64,000 bases of DNA from a virus: positions 6,394 through 70,393 of IMG/VR virus record IMGVR_UViG_3300009085_000028; one strand, written 5' to 3'. Shown one piece after another: positions 37,225 to 47,164 of the stretch. How positions within the stretch are numbered: position 1 is the first letter of the stretch; each line of letters begins with the position of its first letter. The notes beneath the pieces are model-generated. The model had not been told where the DNA came from. It did not search any database and saw nothing but the letters and a program-made list of their open reading frames with translations. The position numbers were made by a program, and so were the translations under genes.

Positions 37225-37944
37225 ATGCTAACATTTAGTAAACTAGGTGATTACGGTAGATTTGGTAATCAATTATTTCAGATAGCCAGCACAATTGGTA
37301 TTGCCACGAAGAACGATCAAACATATGGATTTCCTAAATGGAAATACCAAGAGTACTTTAAAAATCCTCTACCTATATTTGATTCTACTATAACCCATGT
37401 AATTGAAGAAACAACAACTAAATACAAAGATATTGTTCTAGACAAAAGTTTTGATCTTAGAGGATACTATCAAAGTTATAAATACTTTGATCACTGTAAT
37501 AGTCTGATTAGATATTACTTTATGTTCTCAGAACCAGATGCTTTAGTTAGGGCTTGTGCTGTCCATGTAAGAAGGGGCGATTACGTTTCACTCAGCCATA
37601 TACATCCTAATTTATCTCCTGATTATTACAGAAGGGCTATGAATTTATTTCCAAAGGATACGCCATTTCTAGTAATGTCTGATGATATTAATTGGTGTGT
37701 AAACAATATAAATTTTGCTGATAAAGATATTGTCTTTTTCTATAACGATGAAATCAATTCTTTTCGTGTTATGTCTCAGTGTGAACATAATATTATATCT
37801 GCCAGTTCTTTTTCTTGGTGGGCTGCTTATCTAAATAAAAATCCAAATAAAAGAGTAATTGCTCCTAGCGTATGGGCGTTCAATGAACCTAAAGAAACTA
37901 TAGAAGATAGATTACCTCCTGATTGGGAAAGGTTAGAATTATGA
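37225..37944 (+). CDS. GT11 glycosyltransferase (alpha-1,2-fucosyltransferase family)
   Basis: Motifs GRFGNQLFQ, GYYQSYKYF, VHVRRGDY and SSFSWWAAYL. Confidence 0.9.
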   Translation: MLTFSKLGDYGRFGNQLFQIASTIGIATKNDQTYGFPKWKYQEYFKNPLPIFDSTITHVIEETTTKYKDIVLDKSFDLRGYYQSYKYFDHCNSLIRYYFMFSEPDALVRACAVHVRRGDYVSLSHIHPNLSPDYYRRAMNLFPKDTPFLVMSDDINWCVNNINFADKDIVFFYNDEINSFRVMSQCEHNIISASSFSWWAAYLNKNPNKRVIAPSVWAFNEPKETIEDRLPPDWERLEL

Positions 37945-38528
37945 AGATTAATGAGCGTGGTTTTTGGGAGAACAATTCAACTGAGGGTCACGGTGTTGAC
38001 CAGGGACTAATGAAAGGTTTAGCAGATTTCTTTCATTCTAATTCCTACCACAAAGTAGTAATTGATATTGGTTGCGGTGAAGGATCATACACTAAGTATC
38101 TAAATGAACATGGAATTTATTGTGAAGGTTATGATGGTAATCGGTATACTCCTGTAATTACAAATGGTCTTTGTCATGTTGCTGACTTCTCACAAGAGCA
38201 GCATCTAGGATCTTACGAATGGGCTATGTGTCTAGAAGTAGCAGAACATATTCCAGCAAAATATGAGGACATATTCTTAGACAATCTGCACAGACATAAC
38301 GTAGATGGGATTGTTATCAGTTGGTCTATTCCTGAGTTTGGTGGTGACGGTCACGTAAACCCTAAGCCTAACAGTTATGTAATTGATAAGTTTATTTCTA
38401 TGGGTTATCTCTACGATGAAAACTCCACCACTATACTAAGATACTCCTGTGCAGAATACCCTAATCCTTGTTGGTGGTTTGGACACACGATCTTTGTGTT
38501 TCGAAAAGGAGAAGTAAATGGACTATGA
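37941..38528 (+). CDS. Class I SAM methyltransferase
   Basis: Motifs DIGCGEG, CLEVAEHIP and GGDGHVN. Confidence 0.85.
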   Translation: MKINERGFWENNSTEGHGVDQGLMKGLADFFHSNSYHKVVIDIGCGEGSYTKYLNEHGIYCEGYDGNRYTPVITNGLCHVADFSQEQHLGSYEWAMCLEVAEHIPAKYEDIFLDNLHRHNVDGIVISWSIPEFGGDGHVNPKPNSYVIDKFISMGYLYDENSTTILRYSCAEYPNPCWWFGHTIFVFRKGEVNGL

Positions 38529-39150
38529 GATGGTAGGTAATTGTCAAGTAGAAAATCTAAATCAAATATACTTGGACTATTTTGGTTACAAAACTGATGG
38601 GGTATTCGTAGAGGTTGGTGCATATGATGGTTATAACTTTAGTAACACTTGGGGATTAGCTAGGGCTGGATGGAAGGGATTTTATATTGAACCCATTCAG
38701 GAATATGTACAAGCCTGTATGAATAATCATAAGGGTCATAATGTTTCTGTCATACAAAAAGCGGTAGGAAACTTTAGCGGTACAGTTAGAATGCAGATAG
38801 CGGGTACACTATCTACCTATGATGACTTTTATATCAAGTCCTCGGTGTGGGGTAGCCAGTATAAAAACAATACAGTCGAGGTAGACATAGATACTCTAGA
38901 TAATATTTTACTCACTAGAGTTATCCATGATGAGATAGATGTTCTGGTTATTGATACTGAAGGTTCAGAACTAAAAGTTCTAGAGGGCTTTGATCTAGAA
39001 TATTGGAGGCCCAAGATGGTAATTATAGAGGCACACGAAAAGAACCCCTATAAAGAACTAACCTTACTAGTACCAGATATTGATAACTACTTTTCTAGCT
39101 ACCGTAAAATTTATGCGGGGGAAGTGAACAGTATTTATGTTATTAATTAA
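38518..39150 (+). CDS. FkbM-family methyltransferase
   Basis: Motifs FVEVGAYDG..SNT, GWKG.YIEP and IDTEGSELKVLEG. Confidence 0.85.
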   Translation: MDYEMVGNCQVENLNQIYLDYFGYKTDGVFVEVGAYDGYNFSNTWGLARAGWKGFYIEPIQEYVQACMNNHKGHNVSVIQKAVGNFSGTVRMQIAGTLSTYDDFYIKSSVWGSQYKNNTVEVDIDTLDNILLTRVIHDEIDVLVIDTEGSELKVLEGFDLEYWRPKMVIIEAHEKNPYKELTLLVPDIDNYFSSYRKIYAGEVNSIYVIN

Positions 39151-39808
39151 TTATGCAACAGAAAACTATAAAGCACAGCAAGCAGCTTTATCAGCGGAAG
39201 CACACAACGCAGGTTTCCAAGTAATAGAGTTTTCTCCAATAGATATACCAGAAGATTATTATCTGAAACATAAACTGATCCTTGATCAGAAACGTGGTGC
39301 TGGTAGTGCCTTGTGGAAACCCTACATCATAGAGAAAACCATGATGGAGCTTAGAACTGGCGCTAAACTTTTGTACATGGATTGCGGAGATAAAATAATA
39401 AGAAATGATTTCCGTAATTACATTGAAACCAAATTAGATAGTTATCCTTTCTTCTTTGTTCAGAACACGCATCTAAATAAACATCATACTCGCAGGGATT
39501 GTTTTACGCTTATGGATTGTGATGATGAATACTATTGGAATTATCCAATTCTTGAAGCGGGTATTTGTGGGTTTGAAGTTACCAACAGAACAATAGCTTT
39601 TGTAAACGAATGGTTACGGTGGAGTGAGCAAGAGGATGTTATCATGGATGTAGAAAACAAAAACCTTTTTGGTAAAGGCAACCTAGAGGGATACACAAAT
39701 CACAAATGCGATCAATCAGTTCTGACAAATCTCGTAGCCAAGGGTAGGTACAATACAACTCCTATTCAAGAGGTAATGCACTACGTTAGTTATAATTACA
39801 GAGGGTAA
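39137..39808 (+). CDS. Glycosyltransferase-like protein
   Basis: Motifs RGAG..LWKPYII, LYMDCGD and HKCDQSVLTNL. Confidence 0.65.
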   Translation: MLLINYATENYKAQQAALSAEAHNAGFQVIEFSPIDIPEDYYLKHKLILDQKRGAGSALWKPYIIEKTMMELRTGAKLLYMDCGDKIIRNDFRNYIETKLDSYPFFFVQNTHLNKHHTRRDCFTLMDCDDEYYWNYPILEAGICGFEVTNRTIAFVNEWLRWSEQEDVIMDVENKNLFGKGNLEGYTNHKCDQSVLTNLVAKGRYNTTPIQEVMHYVSYNYRG

Positions 39809-39809
39809 T

Positions 39810-40571
39810 ATGATTAGTATAGTACTTACAATACACAACCAGGCAGATATACTACCATTTGTTTTTGAGGGAATAGATAAATCTAGTAATTTAGTAAAAG
39901 AATTTATTGTTATATTTGATGGATGCACAGACACTTCTGAGCAATGCTTTTCTAATTGGTACGTACCAAACACATATAGTTTTGAATTCAAAGTTCTTCA
40001 TTTGCCAAATGTATTTGAAACCAGAGCTAACAACGCAGGACTAAAAGAAGTAACACAACCTTATGCTATTATTGTTCAAGATGATTGCGCAATAAAAGAA
40101 TTCTTTTGGGACAAGCAATTACTAGAGCCTGCACTAAAATGGTCTAACGTGTTTGCAGTATCAGGTAGAAATGGTCACAGCATTATTCCTAGTGGTGACA
40201 TAGTAGATTATACAAATGTAGTTGGTTGGGGAACAAACAAGAATGACCCCAATAAATTCTATGTTAGTCAAGTAGTAAACAGAGGCCCACTACTTCTAAA
40301 GATGGAGGTAGTAAAGCAACTAAATTATTTTGATGAAGCATTTGTACCGCAGAACGGTGATGACCACGATCTGTGTTTGAGAGCTTATAGAGAAGGATAT
40401 ATCTGTGGGTGTCGCCCAATTGACTTTGTTTCAGAAAGAGATTGGGGTGGTACACGCAAAGGTAACGGTAAGTGGATAGCTGACGCGATAGATAAGAACA
40501 TGCGTATCATTCACAATAGATATATTGATTTAATCTCTAGGGATTATCCTGTAGAGGAAAGGGATCTATGA
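39810..40571 (+). CDS. GT2 glycosyltransferase
   Basis: Motifs SIVLTIHN, DGCTD, ANNAGL, VQDD and FDEAF..DDHDLCLRA. Confidence 0.85.
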   Translation: MISIVLTIHNQADILPFVFEGIDKSSNLVKEFIVIFDGCTDTSEQCFSNWYVPNTYSFEFKVLHLPNVFETRANNAGLKEVTQPYAIIVQDDCAIKEFFWDKQLLEPALKWSNVFAVSGRNGHSIIPSGDIVDYTNVVGWGTNKNDPNKFYVSQVVNRGPLLLKMEVVKQLNYFDEAFVPQNGDDHDLCLRAYREGYICGCRPIDFVSERDWGGTRKGNGKWIADAIDKNMRIIHNRYIDLISRDYPVEERDL

Positions 40572-41170
40572 ACATAAAGGAACTAATAACAAGACCTAAC
40601 CCGGTGATATTTGAGATAGGTTGTAATGATGGATCTGATACAGAAAAGTTTGTAGCTGATTTTCCAGATGCAACTATTTATTGTTTTGAACCAGATCCAG
40701 AAACCGTAAAAAGATTTCTAGAAAGAAAGCTAAATGTAAAATTATATCAGGCTGCTATTTCTGATGTAACTGGCTTTACAACATTCTCTCCTAGTAATAA
40801 CAATGGTTTATCCGGCTCTATTGTAAATCCAAAGATACATCTAGAAGTATATCCACAAGTTAAATTTATTGCACCAATAGAAGTTGCTACTTATTCTTTA
40901 GATGATTTTGTTTCTGCTGCTGGAATTGATTTTATAGATTTCATTTGGGCAGACGTACAAGGCGCTGAAGAAAAGATGATACGTGGTGGAATGAACACAC
41001 TTACTAAGAAAGTAAAATATTTATTTACTGAATTTAGTAATGTGGAACTTTACGAGGGCGCTCCTACACTACCAAGAATATTGGAACTATTGCCAAGCTT
41101 TGAACTTGTTGAAGTTCCCTGGCAATGGTGGGCAGATGGGAATTGTTTACTAAGGAATAAGAACCTATGA
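40568..41170 (+). CDS. FkbM-family methyltransferase
   Basis: Motifs FEIGCNDG, FEPDP, WADVQGAE and LYEG. Confidence 0.85.
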   Translation: MNIKELITRPNPVIFEIGCNDGSDTEKFVADFPDATIYCFEPDPETVKRFLERKLNVKLYQAAISDVTGFTTFSPSNNNGLSGSIVNPKIHLEVYPQVKFIAPIEVATYSLDDFVSAAGIDFIDFIWADVQGAEEKMIRGGMNTLTKKVKYLFTEFSNVELYEGAPTLPRILELLPSFELVEVPWQWWADGNCLLRNKNL

Positions 41171-42135
41171 ATATTTTAGTAACTGGTTGCGCAGGATTTA
41201 TCGGTAGTGTAGTTACAGAGCATCTAGTAAATGCTGGTCACGCCGTTATCGGGGTTGATAATTTTCAAAGTTCATACAGAGAGTCTGTACACCCCAAGAT
41301 CAAATTCTACGAAGGAAGCATTGGTAATGACAATCTGCTAGGTGCTATTTTCAGAACAGAGAATGTGGATCTAGTTTGTCATCTAGCAGCAGAAAGCGTG
41401 ATAGGTAAAGCAAGCTCTGATCCATACATTTTCTTTAGAGACAACGTTGAGTATGGAATGAGATTGCTAGAGGCCATGCGCTGGTATAACTGTAATAAGT
41501 TAGTAATGAGTTCTACGGGATCATCTTATGGTGAGCCTGTATACTTACCAATGGATGAGCAACACCCGCAAAATCCTATAAATGCTTATGGAGAATCTAA
41601 GTACATTTACGAACGTATTATAAAATGGTATGCTAAATCCTACGGGCTAGAATACATGATGTTCCGCTACTACAACGTTGGTGGTGCTACAGAAATGAAC
41701 GGCGAGAGAAGAAGAAATGAAACTCGTCTAGTTCCAGTAGCGCTGAAAGCTTTGTATGAAAATTTAGCTATGACTATTTACGGAACGGATTACCCAACTA
41801 AAGATGGTACTGCAATTAGAGATTATCTCCACGTAAAAGACGTAGCACAGGCACATCTACTGGCTATTGAAAAACTAGTAGCCGGTGATAAGAATAAGAT
41901 ATACAACCTGGGTAGTGAGAAGGGGTTTACTGTATACGAAATACTTTCACGCATCCAGGTGTTATCTGGAAAAAACATAGCTCTGCTTTCTGGCCCAAGA
42001 AGACCAGGAGATCCAGTTAGCCTAGTAGCGTCAAGTAAATATGCGAAAGAGGATTTGAAATGGAATCCACAATACTCAGATCTAGATACAATCCTAGAAG
42101 ATTCTATTTCATGGTATGAAAGGAAGATGAGATGA
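41167..42135 (+). CDS. galE: UDP-glucose 4-epimerase
   Basis: Motifs TGCAGFIGS, YGESK, RYYNVGGA, GTDYPTKDGTAIRDYLHV and RRPGDP. Confidence 0.9.
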   Translation: MNILVTGCAGFIGSVVTEHLVNAGHAVIGVDNFQSSYRESVHPKIKFYEGSIGNDNLLGAIFRTENVDLVCHLAAESVIGKASSDPYIFFRDNVEYGMRLLEAMRWYNCNKLVMSSTGSSYGEPVYLPMDEQHPQNPINAYGESKYIYERIIKWYAKSYGLEYMMFRYYNVGGATEMNGERRRNETRLVPVALKALYENLAMTIYGTDYPTKDGTAIRDYLHVKDVAQAHLLAIEKLVAGDKNKIYNLGSEKGFTVYEILSRIQVLSGKNIALLSGPRRPGDPVSLVASSKYAKEDLKWNPQYSDLDTILEDSISWYERKMR

Positions 42136-43061
42136 TTATTTCTGCAACTCCTTTGAGGGTGTCTATTATTGGTGGAGGAACAGATTTACCCGAATGGTTT
42201 ATAAAAAATACGGGGTGCGTAGTTGGATCATCTATTGATAAATATGTCTACGTAATTGTCAATAAAAGATTTGATGATAAAATTTATGTTGGGTACACTA
42301 AACAAGAAATCGTAGATTCTGTGGATGAGATACAACACGATCTGATAAGAGAAGCAGCAAAAGCAGCGGGACTAACAAAAGGTTTTGAAGTAAAAACTAT
42401 GTCGGATGTTCCATCAGCAGGATCAGGATTAGGATCGTCTAGTGCATATCTTGTTGGTTTACTAAACGCCTTCTACCACTACAAGAATAAACCCAAAGAA
42501 AATAAATTACTTGCGTATGAAGCTTTTGTTATAGAAAGATATTATCTTAATAGAAGCGTTGGTATGCAAGATCATTTACTCTGTGGCCTAGGTGGACAAA
42601 ACAGAATTACATTTACTGATGATCTACCGACTTGGGAAGAAATAGAACTTAGAAAAGACAATCTATTTATGCACTACACTGGCATTACTAGAAACGCAAA
42701 TGATATTCTAAAGCAACAAGTCTTGAGTGTAGAAGAAAAATACTCTTACTACGCAGAGCTATCTGATAAAGCTATTCAATTTGAACAATCTAATTTAGAG
42801 ACAATACTAAAAGCAGGATGGGAAATCAAGAAAGCCCTATCTCCTGACATTTCTAATGAGGCTATTGAACAGATGATTGGTGTCGCTAGTGGGGGTGGTG
42901 CAACAGCTTGGAAGATTTTAGGTGCTGGTGGTGGAGGCTTTCTACTATCATATGTACCAAAGGAAAACCAAGAAAGGTTTTCATTGGCAATGAGAGACTA
43001 TAAAGAAATGCCATTTGCTTTTACAAATTATGGAACAAGGATTATTTATAATGGATTATAA
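42132..43061 (+). CDS. hddA: D-glycero-alpha-D-manno-heptose-7-phosphate kinase (GHMP family)
   Basis: Motifs TPLRVSIIGGGTD, GSGLGSSSA, VGMQDH and KILGAGGGGFLL. Confidence 0.85.
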   Translation: MIISATPLRVSIIGGGTDLPEWFIKNTGCVVGSSIDKYVYVIVNKRFDDKIYVGYTKQEIVDSVDEIQHDLIREAAKAAGLTKGFEVKTMSDVPSAGSGLGSSSAYLVGLLNAFYHYKNKPKENKLLAYEAFVIERYYLNRSVGMQDHLLCGLGGQNRITFTDDLPTWEEIELRKDNLFMHYTGITRNANDILKQQVLSVEEKYSYYAELSDKAIQFEQSNLETILKAGWEIKKALSPDISNEAIEQMIGVASGGGATAWKILGAGGGGFLLSYVPKENQERFSLAMRDYKEMPFAFTNYGTRIIYNGL

Positions 43062-43524
43062 TATTAAACTTATTGCAGATAAAATCGCTAGTTGTAAAGG
43101 GATTGTTTATACCTGCGGTAATGGTGGTAGTTCTTCTACGGCTTCACACTTCACACAAGATCTAATAAAAGCCTGCCAAATTCGTTCCATTTGTCTAACA
43201 GATAATGTGCCATATCTTACTGCTGTAAGTAATGACGATGATTATGACAATGTGTTTAGCAGCTATTTGAAATTGTTCTGGCGTAAAGGCGATTTGCTTT
43301 TTCTGATTAGCGGTAGTGGGAACAGTAGGAACGTAATTAATGCCGCTGATGCTATGAGAGATGCTATAGAAACTATCGCTCTGGTTGGATTTGATGGTGG
43401 TCAACTAAAGTACTGCGTTGATTATTGTATTCATTCTGCTATCCATGATATGCGAAAGGCAGAAGATGAACATATGAAAATTATTCATCAAATTATTGAG
43501 AGTATTACCAATGGGACCGTTTGA
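43051..43524 (+). CDS. gmhA: Phosphoheptose isomerase (SIS domain)
   Basis: Motifs CGNGGSSSTASHF, TAVSND, ISGSGNSRNV, GFDGG and EDEH. Confidence 0.85.
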   Translation: MDYNIKLIADKIASCKGIVYTCGNGGSSSTASHFTQDLIKACQIRSICLTDNVPYLTAVSNDDDYDNVFSSYLKLFWRKGDLLFLISGSGNSRNVINAADAMRDAIETIALVGFDGGQLKYCVDYCIHSAIHDMRKAEDEHMKIIHQIIESITNGTV

Positions 43525-44719
43525 TTATTTTGATAAAATCTATTGCATAAATTTAGATAGTAGACCAGACAGATGGGAATTGGCTAAGGAAGAATTTCAA
43601 AAGGCTTGTATACTTGATCGGGTAGAAAGGTTCTCAGCGGTAGCTATGCCAGAAAATCCAGCGAGAGGTAATCATCTTAGTCATGCACAATGTATTAGAA
43701 AAGCTAAAGAAGCTGGTGCAAAAAATGTTTTAATTTTTGAAGATGATATTGAATGGCTAGACAATCCACTAGAATTAAAAAGAGTTATTCCAGAACTAAA
43801 GGAATGGGATCTTCTTTATCTAGGTGTGAATACAGAACGGGTTTGTTATCAAGAAAGTTATCACCTTGCTAGGTTAACGTTTGCTTACTCTACGCACGCC
43901 TACGCAATAAACAATACACTATTTGATACGCTTATTGAATTGAATGAAGACCCGAAGACATTACATAACGATGTAAGAATGTCAGATGAAATTGTACCCA
44001 AGTACAAATGCTACGCTACCATACCCCTACTGGCAGGACAAAGAAAAAGTTTCTCTAATGTTATGAATACGGTGATGGATTCAAATCCAGTATTTCTAAG
44101 TCGTTTTAAAGACAACCTAGTAACCAAACAATTTCCTGTAGCTGAACCTACCTTTGTCACATTTATTATTCCAACAATGGGTAGAAGCACACTAGCAAGA
44201 ACAGTTGATAGTATCATAGCACAATCAGCGTGGAACTGGAAAGCGATTGTAATGTTTGATGGTAGAGATCCAAACTACAGCACAACTAACGATCACGTTT
44301 CTATTTATAAAAGAGAACAGAAAGGTCACGCCGGTCTAGTTAGAAATGATGCCATGAAGTATGTAACTACAGATTGGATTGCCTTTGTTGATGATGATGA
44401 TTGGGTAACTGATGATTACGTCCACACGCTCATGCGTTATGCTAATGATTACGATGTAGTTATATTTAGTTATAAGGACGTAACTAACGGTAATGTTCAG
44501 CCGCCAAGTAGTCACAGAGACTTTGTATACTGTAATGTTGGGATTAGTTTTGCTGTAAGAACAGACTTTGTTATAAGAAATAATATACAGTTTCCAGCGT
44601 TCTCTACGGAGGATTTTGGTTTCTTAGATGCTTGTAGAAAAGCGGGTGCTAGATATATACTTACCCATGAGATAAAATATTTAGTGGGTGGAATTGGTGG
44701 GTGGAGAGAAAGGAATTAA
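43511..44719 (+). CDS. Fused GT25-GT2 glycosyltransferase
   Basis: N-terminal INLDSRPDR, LSH, FEDD, WDLLYLG, THAY; C-terminal FIIPT, RN, FVDDDD, EDF. Confidence 0.85.
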   Translation: MGPFDYFDKIYCINLDSRPDRWELAKEEFQKACILDRVERFSAVAMPENPARGNHLSHAQCIRKAKEAGAKNVLIFEDDIEWLDNPLELKRVIPELKEWDLLYLGVNTERVCYQESYHLARLTFAYSTHAYAINNTLFDTLIELNEDPKTLHNDVRMSDEIVPKYKCYATIPLLAGQRKSFSNVMNTVMDSNPVFLSRFKDNLVTKQFPVAEPTFVTFIIPTMGRSTLARTVDSIIAQSAWNWKAIVMFDGRDPNYSTTNDHVSIYKREQKGHAGLVRNDAMKYVTTDWIAFVDDDDWVTDDYVHTLMRYANDYDVVIFSYKDVTNGNVQPPSSHRDFVYCNVGISFAVRTDFVIRNNIQFPAFSTEDFGFLDACRKAGARYILTHEIKYLVGGIGGWRERN

Positions 44720-44720
44720 T

Positions 44721-45365
44721 ATGTTGACTTTGTGTATACCAACTTTAACAAGATATGATTTGCTAAAGACTTGTATTAAATCAGCAGAAAATGGAAATGT
44801 AAAACCAGATAAATACTTGGTTATTGATAACGGAAGCAGATTAGATTTCAAACATCCCAAGGTAGAAGTTGTTTCCTTTGGTAGAAATATTGGCGTAGCT
44901 GCGGCTTGGAATTATTTTATACAGAACTCAGATGATAATAGAATTATTTGTAATGACGATATTGCTTTTTATCCTGACTCAATTGAAGAACTTATGAAGT
45001 ATCACACAGAAGATGTGATCACATGCTCCAACGGTCTAACAACAAATGCGTTCTCTTTGTTTGTTATCAGTAATTTTATTATTGATAAGGTCGGCTTATT
45101 TGATGAAACCATTTCTCCAAACTATGCCTACTATGAGGACAATGATTACTATAGAAGAATGCAGCTATTAGGTTACAATCTAAATAAAGTGAAGGCATGT
45201 AACGTAGGGCACTATTCAAGTGCTACACTTAAATCCTACAACTCTCAACAAACAAGAGAGCATCATATGAGATTTAATATTGCTACTGAAAACTATGTAA
45301 AGAAATGGGGAGGACTTCCGGGGAAAGAAATTTATACCGTACCGTATAATGGGAAAACAATATGA
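44721..45365 (+). CDS. GT2 glycosyltransferase
   Basis: Motifs VIDNG, NIGVAAAWN, NDD and GLFDE..AYYEDNDY. Confidence 0.85.
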   Translation: MLTLCIPTLTRYDLLKTCIKSAENGNVKPDKYLVIDNGSRLDFKHPKVEVVSFGRNIGVAAAWNYFIQNSDDNRIICNDDIAFYPDSIEELMKYHTEDVITCSNGLTTNAFSLFVISNFIIDKVGLFDETISPNYAYYEDNDYYRRMQLLGYNLNKVKACNVGHYSSATLKSYNSQQTREHHMRFNIATENYVKKWGGLPGKEIYTVPYNGKTI

Positions 45366-47125
45366 ACAATGCTATTGGAATAGATGTGAGTACATGGCAA
45401 GATAATTCACAAACTCCACAGAGAATTGATTGGACAAAACCAAAACTCTATGATGTGAAGTTTGTAATTAATCGTGCTGTATTTGGTACTCTAACTGACG
45501 AAGATTTTTATTATAATTTCGCAGAACAAAAAAGATTAGGATATATTAGATCTGCTTATGGGTTTTTAGATTATAGAACTACTGCCCCTACGATTGCAGA
45601 TCAGGCAAGAGCATTTGTCAACGTACTCAAAAGCGATCATGGAGATATGCCACTTGTATTTGTAGATTTTGAGCAAGCCAATTCTAACTGGCCTACTCTA
45701 CCATCGAGAGGAGTATGCCTATCGATGCTACAAACTTATATGGGCATTGTAGAAGATGGGCTAGGAATTCAGTGTGGTTTGTACACAAGCCCAAAACATA
45801 TCAAATATAATTTATCCCTATTCTCTGGTGATACCTGCTTAATCCCTGTACCAGATTGGCTAAAAGATAAGAACCTGTGGGTAGCTGCTTGGCCTTCTGT
45901 TCCGGCGGGGGAAGATACGGAAGACTACATTGAGCGAACCGGGTGGCAACCGAACCTATATGGTCAGTGGGACTACTGGACTTTCTGGCAATACGGTACA
46001 CCCGCAGAAGGTTTAGGAATGGGAATGGAAAGCAAAGAAATAGATAAGAACTATTTCATGGGTACCGAACAAGAACTAAAAGAATTCTGTAACTTAGATG
46101 ATGATGGAGATCCGATAAAAATGTGGGAAAATAATGTAATGATCGCTTCCTTTGATAAAGCCAGCACATACAACTCACCTACAAATGTAGACTTTGTTGC
46201 TCTAAAGGCTGCTGGTTTTGACGCTGTAATGTTGCGGGCCGGAACTTCAGATGATAGATTGAACTACGATGACCCTAGTGCAGATTATGTACCTGATACC
46301 AGATTTCCATCGTTCTTCAATGCTGCTACTGCTGCTGGATTACGAGTTCTTATTGACTATGATTTCAATGCAATGCTAGATAGTACCAGAGGTTATGATG
46401 GTTTTTGGACACTAAGACATATCAACAATCTACTTAGTGGTGGATTTAAGCCTGCTGCTGGTGGGGCATTGATATTGAATTGTGAAAGAAATACTTGGTA
46501 TGAAAGCATTGCTTTTAAAACTTGTACCTCCAATATGTACGGCCAAGATTTACGTAGTGTATTCGATGCTATCTGGACACAGTTTAGATTAGTTCCAGGT
46601 GCGAGAACCGGTACTTGGTTTCTAAACAAAAAGGATGAAGGTGGTGTAGTTATTAGTTCACAGTTACCCTGGTTAGATAAAGGCGAAGCTAATGTACCTA
46701 TGTTCTTAGTTAGACTAAAGAAACCCATTGGTACATTCTTTACCGGTAATGTCCACGATCTAGTCGCTGATGTTCCTGATCCTACTACAACTTATATTAC
46801 TGTTGATGGTAAACCAGTAAAAGAACAATCTCTATACCTATACTTCGGTAATCAAACTAAGTGGAAAGGTTGGGAAGTTGCCTGGGTAAAGAACAATGCT
46901 GTAAAGGATGCTCAGGGAAATCTAGCAGTATTTAGAGCGATCATTTGGGATGGAGATAAGAAAGCGTTTAATACTTACTTCAATTTCCCCGCTGTCAATC
47001 CAGATCCAGATCCTGACCCCGATCCAGATCCAGAACCAAATCCCGAACTAGAAGCAAGAGTAAAAGAACTAGAAGATGATATGGCACTACTTAAGTCATC
47101 TCTAAAACCATTTGTAGAAAGCTAA
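45362..47125 (+). CDS. GH25 muramidase (lysin) with a second degenerate GH25-like domain
   Basis: GIDVSTWQ, VDFE, LWVAAW, WTFWQY; second unit VDFVALKAAGFDAVMLRAG; PD-repeat linker and coiled C-terminus. Confidence 0.8.
   Translation: MNNAIGIDVSTWQDNSQTPQRIDWTKPKLYDVKFVINRAVFGTLTDEDFYYNFAEQKRLGYIRSAYGFLDYRTTAPTIADQARAFVNVLKSDHGDMPLVFVDFEQANSNWPTLPSRGVCLSMLQTYMGIVEDGLGIQCGLYTSPKHIKYNLSLFSGDTCLIPVPDWLKDKNLWVAAWPSVPAGEDTEDYIERTGWQPNLYGQWDYWTFWQYGTPAEGLGMGMESKEIDKNYFMGTEQELKEFCNLDDDGDPIKMWENNVMIASFDKASTYNSPTNVDFVALKAAGFDAVMLRAGTSDDRLNYDDPSADYVPDTRFPSFFNAATAAGLRVLIDYDFNAMLDSTRGYDGFWTLRHINNLLSGGFKPAAGGALILNCERNTWYESIAFKTCTSNMYGQDLRSVFDAIWTQFRLVPGARTGTWFLNKKDEGGVVISSQLPWLDKGEANVPMFLVRLKKPIGTFFTGNVHDLVADVPDPTTTYITVDGKPVKEQSLYLYFGNQTKWKGWEVAWVKNNAVKDAQGNLAVFRAIIWDGDKKAFNTYFNFPAVNPDPDPDPDPDPEPNPELEARVKELEDDMALLKSSLKPFVES
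47000..47047 (+). repeat. Pro-Asp hexamer repeat (coding linker)
   Basis: CCAGAT/CCTGAC/CCCGAT repeats encoding PDPDPDPDPDPEPNPE. Confidence 0.7.
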
Positions 47126-47131
47126 ATAATA

Positions 47132-47153
47132 AGGGGGAGAATTATCTCCCCCT
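47132..47153. terminator. GC hairpin between lysin and terminase genes
   Basis: AGGGGGAGA-atta-TCTCCCCCT; no U-tract on the + strand. Confidence 0.45.
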
Positions 47154-47164
47154 AAAGGAATTTT

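Noticed and set aside
37225-45365. Glycan cluster as bacterial contamination or a host LPS locus
   Set aside because: It is translationally coupled to phage genes at both ends, shares their CTA-rich codon style and lacks transport or polymerase genes; read-level confirmation was not possible.
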